Positions 10,193 to 24,239 of a DNA stretch of 64,000 nt are shown here, one piece after another. Numbering within the stretch: position 1 is the first letter of the stretch; every line of letters begins with the position of its first letter. The position numbers and the translations under genes are program-made. The notes beneath the pieces were generated by a model that saw only the letters and a program-made list of their open reading frames with translations, made no database searches and had not been told where the DNA came from. The stretch spans positions 992,001 to 1,056,000 of the forward strand of contig CP128818.1 in the NCBI GenBank assembly GCA_051546255.1, read 5' to 3'. Source of the stretch: Meyerozyma guilliermondii (lineage: Eukaryota).

Positions 10193-10207
10193 CGGTTCGG
10201 TTCGGTT
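10193..10207 (+). repeat. (CGGTT)3 tandem motif in the VBA/SOA1-like divergent promoter
   Basis: CGGTTCGGTTCGGTT read directly. Confidence 0.85.
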
Positions 10208-10350
10208 TGCTGAAATAAGCGTTTTTCTTACCAATTGCGAGCGGCTGCAAATTGTGGCGTGCGGCTCATATGCACCGTTCTAGTTGCAAAATGTGATAGA
10301 GGAAGAGGGTATTTAAAAGAAAGTTTAAAACCTATTTTTGAATCAGACAA

Positions 10351-11934
10351 ATGAGTAAGCTTGCTGATATTAAAGTGGACAGTGAAAGTGTGACTGAGAA
10401 AGAAAATCCCTTCAAAGACCCTTTCGAGCTTGAAAAATGGCGTCACGTTTATCAGTTGTGCGACTACGAGGGATTACCCTTCTTGGACGCCGACTTGGAA
10501 TGGAGCGCCGAAGAAGAAAATAAGTTGGTCCGCGTTCTAGATTTTAGAATATTTGGCTGGGTTTTCATACTGTTTTGCTCTTTGGATCTCATCAGGCGAA
10601 ACATTAATCGAGTAACAGCCGATAACTTTCTTCAAGACCTTGGCCTAGGAACCAATGACTATAATTTGGGTCAAACGTTATACCTTGTATCGTTTCTTTG
10701 TGCTGAACTACCAGGGAATCTCTTGTCCAAAAGGTTTGGATGTGAGGTTGTGATCCCATTTCAGATGGTGACATGGTCTGTTCTATGCATTTTCCAAGCA
10801 TGCATGGTTAATAAGGCGGGATTTTTGGTCTTACGAGTCTTAATAGGATTGAGTCAAGGAGGCTTTATTCCCGATACTATTCTTTATTTGACATACTTTT
10901 ACAACTCGAGAGAATTGCCGCTCCGTCTAGCAATTTTCTGGACCGCAATCCCTTTGTTTCAAATTCTTGGTTCTCTTCTCGCATCAGGCTTACTAGAAAT
11001 GCGAGGCATTCATGGCTTAGCTGGGTGGAGGTACCTTTTCATTGTTGAGGGTGCACTTAGTTTGGCTATTGCGTTTTCAAGCTTCTATTTCATGAGACAG
11101 GGTCCTACCGAAACAGGTAACAAGCTATTCAAGAGGAAGTCGTGGTTTAACGAGAGACAAACAAAAATCTTGGTCAATAGAATTCTTCGAGATGACCCTT
11201 CCAAAGGTGACATGAACAATAGACAGCCTGTGAGTCTCAAAGAGATTTGGCTTACTTTATCTGATTATGACATTTGGCCAATTCTTATTCAAGGTATATT
11301 GGCGTTCATTCCCTTCCAGCCTGTTACAAACTATATTACTTTAATACTCAGAGAGATGGGATATTCAACTTTCATGTCCAACATCTTGGCAATTCCTGGA
11401 CAAGCGTGGTTTCTTGTCAATCTTCCCCTTTTAGTTCTCTTGAGTCGATATACTAAAGAGAAGAGTATCTGTGTGGCCATTTCCAATATCTTCATTCTAC
11501 CATTCATCATTGCGTTAGTTGTTCTTCCCAATAACACCAATAATTGGGTGAAGTATGTCTTGTTAACGGGTATCTTATCGCAGCCATATGCCCATGCAAT
11601 CCTTGCAGCGTGGGTATCTCAGTCTGCAAACTCAGTGAGAGCCAGAGCCGTCGGAACCTCACTTTACAATATGAGCTATCAAGTTGGTAGCATCATAGCA
11701 ACGCAAATATACCGTAATGATGACAAGCCCTATTATGACCGTGGAAATAAAACAATTTTGGGCATTTGTATTTTCAACATCTTCTTTGCTTTCGCAACCA
11801 AAGCCTATTATATTTTACGCAACAAACAGAAGGAGAAGAAGTGGGAGCAGATGTCCGTGGAAGAGAAAACCGTATATTTGTCAAATCCGCCCGACAAGGG
11901 GATGAAACACTTGAACTTTAGATTTACTCATTAA
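10351..11934 (+). CDS. MFS anion:cation symporter (Dal5 family), Soa1/YIL166C-like sulfonate/sulfur-compound transporter
   Basis: 527 aa; DNFLQDLGL, FLCAELPGNLLSKRFG, QGGFIPD, GWRYLFIVEG and RILRDDPSKGDMNNRQ, which I recognise as typical of the Soa1/AstA subfamily. Confidence 0.8.
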   Translation: MSKLADIKVDSESVTEKENPFKDPFELEKWRHVYQLCDYEGLPFLDADLEWSAEEENKLVRVLDFRIFGWVFILFCSLDLIRRNINRVTADNFLQDLGLGTNDYNLGQTLYLVSFLCAELPGNLLSKRFGCEVVIPFQMVTWSVLCIFQACMVNKAGFLVLRVLIGLSQGGFIPDTILYLTYFYNSRELPLRLAIFWTAIPLFQILGSLLASGLLEMRGIHGLAGWRYLFIVEGALSLAIAFSSFYFMRQGPTETGNKLFKRKSWFNERQTKILVNRILRDDPSKGDMNNRQPVSLKEIWLTLSDYDIWPILIQGILAFIPFQPVTNYITLILREMGYSTFMSNILAIPGQAWFLVNLPLLVLLSRYTKEKSICVAISNIFILPFIIALVVLPNNTNNWVKYVLLTGILSQPYAHAILAAWVSQSANSVRARAVGTSLYNMSYQVGSIIATQIYRNDDKPYYDRGNKTILGICIFNIFFAFATKAYYILRNKQKEKKWEQMSVEEKTVYLSNPPDKGMKHLNFRFTH

Positions 11935-11996
11935 ATATATGACCCATTATGAGAACGCAATCTTTTTAATTTCTATAACAATAAACTTCTGCAGTG

Positions 11997-13652
11997 CTAA
12001 TGAACAAACCTGAAGTTCAAGCGCTTGTTGCCTTCGTCCTTACTATTCTTGATGTAGTCTTCTTGTTCCTCAATCGACATGGCATTCCACTTCTTGTCTC
12101 TGTATCTGTTCCTCAAAATGTAATACAACTTCGCTGTCAAGCACATTCCAAGAGCACCAAAGGCAATTCCAATCAATTGCGTATTACCTCTCTTGTACAA
12201 AGGTGCATCATCCTTTCGATATATGTTGGCTGCTATGATAGCTCCCGATTGAGAAAACATGTTCACTAAGGCAGCACTGACAGCTCTGCTGCGAACAGAA
12301 TTTGAATTGTGGGAACACCAGGTAATAGAGATGGGCCAGATTGGAGAATGGCCAAGTAAAACTGTCAAGAGAGCATATGTACCCCAAATGTCTTTCTGGG
12401 CCCCGCTCCACCATCGCAAAGGAATAAGGCACGCTATGGTCCATAAAGGCGTAATCGCTAACGCTAGTGCCCGTTGGTTAAATATCTCCGATAAGTATCC
12501 AGTAGCCACCATTGTTATAATAGATATCAAACTGTAAGGAATCGTAAGAGCATTAGTTTTGAATGTTGAGAAGCCAAGTTTTCTCAATGTCAAGGTTAAA
12601 TAAGTCTGGACAGGTGCCGTACCAATATCTCCCAAGATTCGAATGAAATAGACTGGCCAAAGGTCATAGTCCAATAATGTCTTCAACAACTCTCGTGGTC
12701 CCACTGGCTCTCTGTTGTGCATATCTCCCTTTTGTGGATCATCACGCAAAACTTTGTTCACGAGAATCTTTTCTTCACGGTCGGTATACCAGCCTTTTTT
12801 GCGATACCATGCCTTAGTTTGGACCACCGAGGCTGGCATTTTAAAAAACGAAAGGAATCCAATAATCAAAGTCACCAAACCCTCAAGAAGAAAAAGCCAT
12901 CTCCATCCTTCTTGTAAACTTCCAGTCAGGATCTTCAATACTGCAAAGGCAAGCAATGAGGACCATACTTGTGACAATGGATTAGCAATGTAGAACAAAG
13001 ACATTCTGGAAGGAAACTCGCTTGAAGTATAGAAATAAGACATCCATAAACACACATCAGGAATAAAGCCACCTTGAAGAGCTCCTATCAAAGCTCTGGT
13101 TGCTAAGTATCCTGATCTTGATTTCATGGCGGCTTGAGACATGGAAACCACACTCCAGAGAACCATCTGCAGCGGAATCCAAATATCGGGACCAATCCAC
13201 TTGGAAAGCAACTGAGAGGGTAATTCGGCAGATAAGAAACACACCAAATTAATGGTGTTTCCCAAATTCATATCATTCGTAGTGATTCCTAAGTCGTCCA
13301 ACAAATTATCCGACAATGCCTGACTGATATTGTATCTGTCGATGTCAAGGGCAGTGAACATTACGAACGCCCAAAAGCAAACGTACCAATCGGTTTTACG
13401 AAGAATCTTTTTTTCTTCCTCCTTAGTCCAAGTAAGATTAGGATCAAAGTGATCCTTACATTCGTAATCCACCTTTTCGTAAATTTCACGATAGTGCTCA
13501 GCTACAACCGGATCTTGGAATATATGGCTGTCATTATCATTGTCTAGTTCTTTTACCTCGATCTGACCCTGGAACGTTTTTGCGAGGGAGACATTCGAGC
13601 TACTGCCACTACTAGGTACTTGTGCTTCCTTTTCTGAAGTCGCCCCTTTCAT
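11997..13652 (-). CDS. MFS anion:cation symporter (Dal5 family), Soa1/YIL166C-like transporter, second paralog
   Basis: 551 aa; DNLLDDLGI, FLSAELPSQLLSKWIGP, QGGFIPD, GWRWLFLLEG, KVLRDDPQKGDMHNRE. Confidence 0.82.
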   Translation of the reverse strand: MKGATSEKEAQVPSSGSSSNVSLAKTFQGQIEVKELDNDNDSHIFQDPVVAEHYREIYEKVDYECKDHFDPNLTWTKEEEKKILRKTDWYVCFWAFVMFTALDIDRYNISQALSDNLLDDLGITTNDMNLGNTINLVCFLSAELPSQLLSKWIGPDIWIPLQMVLWSVVSMSQAAMKSRSGYLATRALIGALQGGFIPDVCLWMSYFYTSSEFPSRMSLFYIANPLSQVWSSLLAFAVLKILTGSLQEGWRWLFLLEGLVTLIIGFLSFFKMPASVVQTKAWYRKKGWYTDREEKILVNKVLRDDPQKGDMHNREPVGPRELLKTLLDYDLWPVYFIRILGDIGTAPVQTYLTLTLRKLGFSTFKTNALTIPYSLISIITMVATGYLSEIFNQRALALAITPLWTIACLIPLRWWSGAQKDIWGTYALLTVLLGHSPIWPISITWCSHNSNSVRSRAVSAALVNMFSQSGAIIAANIYRKDDAPLYKRGNTQLIGIAFGALGMCLTAKLYYILRNRYRDKKWNAMSIEEQEDYIKNSKDEGNKRLNFRFVH

Positions 13653-13960
13653 TGTAATTCAGTATGTATCTTAAAGACATTTTGACCTTCCAGTTACTCT
13701 CTTAAATATGTCGTCGTACCCATCATCTCAGTCACCTGAAGATTCGTCAAAAAGCCGCAGTGACTATCGCCGCAACTTTAGATCAGTGAATGTCATCTGT
13801 AGAACTGCGGCTACACTATCTTTTGTTCAATTTTTTGAGCGGTATATAGGTCGACCTTGGGTGTAAGTGACCGACTTCAAGATTATGTGTGCAGTGCAGA
13901 ACACCCTAAACGAAAGCCAAGCTTTTCTTACTCCTTGGAGACCATTCTCATTTCTGCGAG

Positions 13961-13981
13961 AAACTGTGGATTCAGCCACAG
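13961..13981. promoter_or_regulatory. Inverted pair of Met31/32-type sites upstream of the second SOA1-like gene
   Basis: AAACTGTGG (13961-13969) followed by GCCACAG (13975-13981, reverse complement of CTGTGGC). Confidence 0.55.
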
Positions 13982-15851
13982 TGATTACAAGAAGTGTTGC
14001 ATATCGCACGTAATTTTTCGCAGCCACTCTTAATCGATGCAGGATGATTTAGTACCCCCTGATGGTAAGTGAACCACGATACAATGCATAGGCAACGGCG
14101 AGATACGAACTTTCCGGGATAGTGCTGAGATGATAATATCATATGTAAAAATGCTGAATCTGAAGAACTGATGACAAGATCACATGGCTCATACAATGCG
14201 GAATACTAAAACAAACAGGACACATGCTATCAAAAGGACGTTTGCTACTCTAATGAATATTAACAGCGCTAATTAGAGGTCAAGAGACGACACACGAGAT
14301 CGAGTCTGTACACTAATAGATGTCAGACGTTAAAGGATGTTTATATCCATAGCTGGATGGAACTAACTCACTCAGACAAGTACACTAACAATTACTAGTA
14401 GTGATAGTATCAAGTACAAGCTTAGGTTGCATAATTAGTCAACAGCCAATTGAAAAGACGTCCAGAATGACCCGAGTAAATATACCTAGTCATGTGAAGT
14501 TTATGCGGAAAAAATGGCATCCTTATTCCCCAGCGCCCACAATGAGAGACCTTTTTCGAACTGATTATCACCTCAAAATCGCGCTACTTGAAACGTAGAT
14601 CCCACCTTATAGATCAGCTAACTAATATTGTGTAATTATCAATGACATATAAGTACTGATTACAGCTACACTTTACGTGATTCAATCAACTCATATGAAA
14701 GCATCCTTAAAGAGAACTGAACTCCTGATAACAAAATGCAAGCCTTGTTTGCAAATTGTATTTTTGGCCATTTTTTGCCAGATCCTGTCCCACTTTTCGC
14801 AGCCGCTGCCCGCACAACCGCGCACACTCCACACCCGCTCCACAAAAGCCCTTCCGCCGTTTTCCTTAATCCCCGCAAACAGCCCCAAAAACGTCCCTGC
14901 GCATCCATTTCACTCACCTATTGCCTATGCCACCTTCTTCCCCCCGTTTCACGCACTTTGCTTCCACCCCACTTTCACACACCTGTGCTTGTCAGCTCAA
15001 AACTGCTGCAATCCATTTTTCAAATTGAACAGCGCACGACCTCAACCCACATAAAATCTACAATCAAGAACCATAAACTAAAAGCTCTGTATTCACAACC
15101 ACAATGCAATTGGCATACCCACACCACCCCCGCTTCTTCATTCACCCTCCCTTCCTCCTGTACTCTGCCTGCTCACGTGACGTCCGTTTCGAACCGCGCG
15201 GTGGACGTCTCCCACTATCGCACTCGGCCCAAGTATTGCCCTGGTCTCCTACTACTCTGCCCGGTCAACCCATCTTATTTTCGTGAAAATTTTTCACGCC
15301 CAACAAACTCGCAACAACATGCAACGTCACTCATATAACAATTGCACACCACATACGTTCTGAAATCTCATACTCAGACACCATACATTGCAGATACCAC
15401 CGAACCATCCTCCATCACCAAATTTCTCGTCCGAGGCTCAACTACGATTTTCACTTTTGGAACCCACTAAGTATCTACCCCTTGCTTCGAATCAACCTTA
15501 TCCCCATTCATCCAACTTCCGACGATCCACCTTGACCATTCATCACAACCTTCATCCTACAATGTCCTTGATCCACCTTTTCCTGATCCATCATTTCCCG
15601 ATCCACCATCCTATGATTTTTCTCAAATCCTCCTCTCTCCCCTCCTCTCTCCCCTCTCTCTCTCTCTCCCCGTAGGCCGTAGTCGTAGCCCGCCGTAGCC
15701 TGCCGTAGCCTGCCCCCACCTGGGGCCATATACAGAACAAAATAGCGGAGCCCCAAAAACACCCCTACCATGCCCTGGCATAGCTTTTTTATGTTTACTT
15801 CCCATCAGGGCCCCCCGCTCATACATATACCACTTCAAAAGTATATATTTC

Positions 15852-15972
15852 GGTTGCGGCCATATCTAGCAGAAAGCACCGTTTCCCGTCCGATCAACTG
15901 TAGTTAAGCTGCTAAGAGCGAGACCGAGTAGTGTAGTGGGAGACCATACGCGAAACTCTCGTGCTGCAATCT
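15852..15972 (+). rRNA. RDN5: 5S rRNA, unit 1
   Basis: GGTTGCGGCCATATCTAGCAGAAAGCACCG...GCTGCAATCT, 121 nt, followed by a T10 run. Confidence 0.97.
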
Positions 15973-15974
15973 TC

Positions 15975-15984
15975 TTTTTTTTTT
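15975..15984 (+). terminator. Pol III oligo-T terminator of 5S (repeated in each unit)
   Basis: T10 run immediately after the 5S 3' end. Confidence 0.8.
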
Positions 15985-16372
15985 CCTTCTGCCACACACT
16001 CACCTTGACTTCTTTTGCTTCCATCTTGCACATTCATGCTCTATACAACTCCCTCTATCGTCCTATACCATTGGTTTTGACTTTCAACTTTTCATGCTCC
16101 CCCTTCAACCTACCTCCTGCTCGCCCATCGACAGCGACGAACGAACAACTACTACTTTATGAACCGCGCACGACCTATCCGCGCACAAACGCTGAGCCAA
16201 AGATATAGCTAAATATCTTCAACTTGGGCTCGAAGCTTCGCCCGCGCACGACCTTTTTGCAGCCAAAAAGCAGAACCACTCTTGCGAATGGCCCTGCTCT
16301 TTCAATCATCTCTAAGCACCCGTCAACTCCTGTCGACGCAATACCAAGGGGTGATTGTGTGTGTAGACACAA

Positions 16373-19745
<3,373 letters not shown>

Positions 19746-19936
19746 TTGTTTGGTTGTTGTAAGGCCGGGCCAACAATACCAGAAATATCCCGCCACACCA
19801 TTCAACGAGTTGGATAAACCTAATACATTGAGAGGTCGACAGCACTATCCAGTACTACCCATGCCAATACTTTTCAAGCAAACGCCTAGTCCGACTAAGA
19901 GTATCACTCAATACCAAACCCGGGGGTTTGAGAGAG
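19746..19936 (-). other. ITS2 (unit 1; repeated every 8267 bp)
   Basis: Spacer between 5.8S and 25S. Confidence 0.9.
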
Positions 19937-20094
19937 AAATGACGCTCAAACAGGCATGCCCTCTGGAATACCAGAGGGCGCAATGTGCGTTCAAAGATTC
20001 GATGATTCACGAAAATCTGCAATTCATATTACTTATCGCATTTCGCTGCGTTCTTCATCGATGCGAGAACCAAGAGATCCGTTGTTGAAAGTTT
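19937..20094 (-). rRNA. RDN58: 5.8S rRNA, unit 1
   Basis: AAACTTTCAACAACGGATCTCTTGG...CCTGTTTGAGCGTCATTT, 158 nt. Confidence 0.97.
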
Positions 20095-20262
20095 TGAAGA
20101 TTAATTCAAAATTTGACTAACTGTAAAAATAATTAAATTGTGTTTTGTTAAACCTCTGGCCCAACCTATCTCTAGGCCAAACCAAAGCAAGAGTTCTGTA
20201 TCAAAAAGACACTGTGTGTAAGGTTTTTCGCCGCGCAGTTAAGCGCTGGCAAAAGAATACTG
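20095..20262 (-). other. ITS1 (unit 1; repeated every 8267 bp)
   Basis: Spacer between 18S and 5.8S; begins CAGTATTCTTTTGCCAGCGCTTAACTGCGCGGCG, resembling Meyerozyma guilliermondii from memory. Confidence 0.9.
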
Positions 20263-20320
<58 letters not shown>

Positions 20321-20404
20321 AATGACCAAGTTTGACCAGCTTTTCGGTTCCAAGATGGAGTTGCCCCCTTCTTTAAACCAATCCGGAGGCCTCACTAAGC
20401 CATT

Positions 20405-20450
<46 letters not shown>

Positions 20451-20889
20451 ATCAACGCAAGCTGATGACTTGCGCTTACTAGGAATTCCTCGTTGAAGAG
20501 CAATAATTACAATGCTCTATCCCCAGCACGACGGAGTTTCACAAGATTTCCCAGACCTCTCGGCCAAGGTTAATACTCGCTGGCTCCGTCAGTGTAGCGC
20601 GCGTGCGGCCCAGAACGTCTAAGGGCATCACAGACCTGTTATTGCCTCAAACTTCCATCGACTTGAAATCGATAGTCCCTCTAAGAAGTGACTATACCAG
20701 CAAAAGCTAGCAGCACTATTTAGTAGGTTAAGGTCTCGTTCGTTATCGCAATTAAGCAGACAAATCACTCCACCAACTAAGAACGGCCATGCACCACCAC
20801 CCACAAAATCAAGAAAGAGCTCTCAATCTGTCAATCCTTATTGTGTCTGGACCTGGTGAGTTTCCCCGTGTTGAGTCAAATTAAGCCGC

Positions 20890-20958
<69 letters not shown>

Positions 20959-22064
20959 AGAACCCAAAGACTTTGATTTCTCGTAAGGTGCCGAGTGCGT
21001 CAAAAAAAGAACAACACCCGATCCCTAGTCGGCATAGTTTATGGTTAAGACTACGACGGTATCTGATCATCTTCGATCCCCTAACTTTCGTTCTTGATTA
21101 ATGAAAACGTCCTTGGCAAATGCTTTCGCAGTAGTTAGTCTTCAGTAAATCTAAGAATTTCACCTCTGACAACTGAATACTGATGCCCCCGACCGTCCCT
21201 ATTAATCATTACGATGGTCCTAGAAACCAACAAAATAGAACCATAACGTCCTATTCTATTATTCCATGCTAATATATTCGAGCAAAGGCCTGCTTTGAAC
21301 ACTCTAATTTTTTCAAAGTAAAAGTCCTGGTTCGCCAAACACCACAAGGGCGAATGGTTAGCCAGAAGGAAAGGCTCGGTTGGGTCCAGTACTCGCCAAA
21401 AAGGCGGACCGGCCAACCAAGCCCAAAGTTCAACTACGAGCTTTTTAACTGCAACAACTTTAATATACGCTATTGGAGCTGGAATTACCGCGGCTGCTGG
21501 CACCAGACTTGCCCTCCAATTGTTCCTCGTTAAGGTATTTACATTGTACTCATTCCAATTACAAGACCCGAAAGGGCCCTGTATCGTTATGTATTGTCAC
21601 TACCTCCCCGTGTCGGGATTGGGTAATTTGCGCGCCTGCTGCCTTCCTTGGATGTGGTAGCCGTTTCTCAGGCTCCCTCTCCGGAATCGAACCCTTATTC
21701 CCCGTTACCCGTTGAAACCATGGTAGGCCACTATCCTACCATCGAAAGTTGATAGGGCAGAAATTTGAATGAACCATCGCCAGCACAAGGCCATGCGATT
21801 CGAAAAGTTATTATGAATCATCAAAGAGCTCAAAGAGCATTGATTTTTTATCTAATAAATACATCCCTTCCAAACAGTCGGGATTTTTAGCATGTATTAG
21901 CTCTAGAATTACCACGGTTATCCAAGTAGTAAAGGTACTATCAAATAAACGATAACTGATTTAATGAGCCATTCGCAGTTTCACTGTATAAATTGCTTAT
22001 ACTTAGACATGCATGGCTTAATCTTTGAGACAAGCATATGACTACTGGCAGGATCAACCAGATA
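20263..22064 (-). rRNA. RDN18: 18S SSU rRNA, unit 1
   Basis: TATCTGGTTGATCCTGCCAGT...GGAAGGATCATTA, 1802 nt. Confidence 0.97.
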
Positions 22065-24118
22065 ACTATCTTGAAGGCTCGCAAGAGCCCACATCGCCGT
22101 TCCAACTCGCATCGCTGCAAGTCTTCCCGACTGAAGTTATTTGATATAATTGCAACTGACCGAAATCAGCCGGTAGGTGCCCACAGCCCAGTCTAATGAA
22201 AGACCGCCTGCAAGCATCCTACATCCATATAGCCCTCTTTGAATTCCCCTGGTGTGATGTCCGCTAAACACTCCCATGCATAGCACAAGAGGTTTAACAT
22301 AACCAACCATGGAGGAGGTTACAAGCAGAGAATCACAGAACTAAATCCGGCTATTCAATGCCGCAGACCCCCAAGTAAGTTTTTAGTTGAACACTTGCCA
22401 TCGGCTAGTAATCCACTAAATCCTTCAATGCTCACACACAGAATCGCTAGATGTCTGATGTGAGACTGTTCAGGCTCCTTGCTTGCGCAAGATAACCCAT
22501 GTTGTCTACCGTAAAGAGCATGCCGAAACTGACGTCTCACCATAGAACTCTCCCCACTAAACAACGAGGCCATAAACACACCTGTACTCAAACTGAAGAT
22601 TGCTCTTCAATTCTTTCTAATAGTGTTTCATGCTTTCGCATATAGTTCCTCCGGCCCTCATTTACTGCTTCGCATTTGATTCGCACGCAAATGGTGCCGC
22701 GAGTTTGCACCCAGTCCTGCACAATCCCCCAGGGCCTTTTGAATTGTGCGACGCTTTTCCATACAAATTCATCGACACCCTGCCATACAAAATGAAAAAA
22801 GTTCACACTTAGCGAAATTCACTCATCTCGACCCCCAACATGAGGTCATCATGAATAATTTTTTTTCGGCTTCTGAGGGTTGTCTGGTCGTTTGTACACA
22901 TGTTTTACAACATTTTAGGGCATTTTGACAAACTTTGTTTCAAATTGCGTTTTTACCCTTCCTACACCCCAGCAATCATCTGCAACTACTCAGAACTTTG
23001 CGAATTTATCAATTTTTGCAAATTGTATTTTTGGCCATTTTTTGCCAGATCCTGTCCCACTTTTCGCAGCCGCTGCCCGCACAACCGCGCACACTCCACA
23101 CCCGCTCCACAAAAGCCCTTCCGCCGTTTTCCTTAATCCCCGCAAACAGCCCCAAAAACGTCCCTGCGCATCCATTTCACTCACCTATTGCCTATGCCAC
23201 CTTCTTCCCCCCGTTTCACGCACTTTGCTTCCACCCCACTTTCACACACCTGTGCTTGTCAGCTCAAAACTGCTGCAATCCATTTTTCAAATTGAACAGC
23301 GCACGACCTCAACCCACATAAAATCTACAATCAAGAACCATAAACTAAAAGCTCTGTATTCACAACCACAATGCAATTGGCATACCCACACCACCCCCGC
23401 TTCTTCATTCACCCTCCCTTCCTCCTGTACTCTGCCTGCTCACGTGACGTCCGTTTCGAACCGCGCGGTGGACGTCTCCCACTATCGCACTCGGCCCAAG
23501 TATTGCCCTGGTCTCCTACTACTCTGCCCGGTCAACCCATCTTATTTTCGTGAAAATTTTTCACGCCCAACAAACTCGCAACAACATGCAACGTCACTCA
23601 TATAACAATTGCACACCACATACGTTCTGAAATCTCATACTCAGACACCATACATTGCAGATACCACCGAACCATCCTCCATCACCAAATTTCTCGTCCG
23701 AGGCTCAACTACGATTTTCACTTTTGGAACCCACTAAGTATCTACCCCTTGCTTCGAATCAACCTTATCCCCATTCATCCAACTTCCGACGATCCACCTT
23801 GACCATTCATCACAACCTTCATCCTACAATGTCCTTGATCCACCTTTTCCTGATCCATCATTTCCCGATCCACCATCCTATGATTTTTCTCAAATCCTCC
23901 TCTCTCCCCTCCTCTCTCCCCTCTCTCTCTCTCTCCCCGTAGGCCGTAGTCGTAGCCCGCCGTAGCCTGCCGTAGCCTGCCCCCACCTGGGGCCATATAC
24001 AGAACAAAATAGCGGAGCCCCAAAAACACCCCTACCATGCCCTGGCATAGCTTTTTTATGTTTACTTCCCATCAGGGCCCCCCGCTCATACATATACCAC
24101 TTCAAAAGTATATATTTC

Positions 24119-24239
24119 GGTTGCGGCCATATCTAGCAGAAAGCACCGTTTCCCGTCCGATCAACTGTAGTTAAGCTGCTAAGAGCGAGACCGAGTAGTG
24201 TAGTGGGAGACCATACGCGAAACTCTCGTGCTGCAATCT
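24119..24239 (+). rRNA. RDN5: 5S rRNA, unit 2
   Basis: Copy at +8267. Confidence 0.97.

Noticed and set aside
13653..14747. Possible LTR, transposon relic or hidden gene in the 1.1-kb gap before the rDNA
   Set aside because: No terminal repeats, target-site duplication or credible ORF visible by eye.
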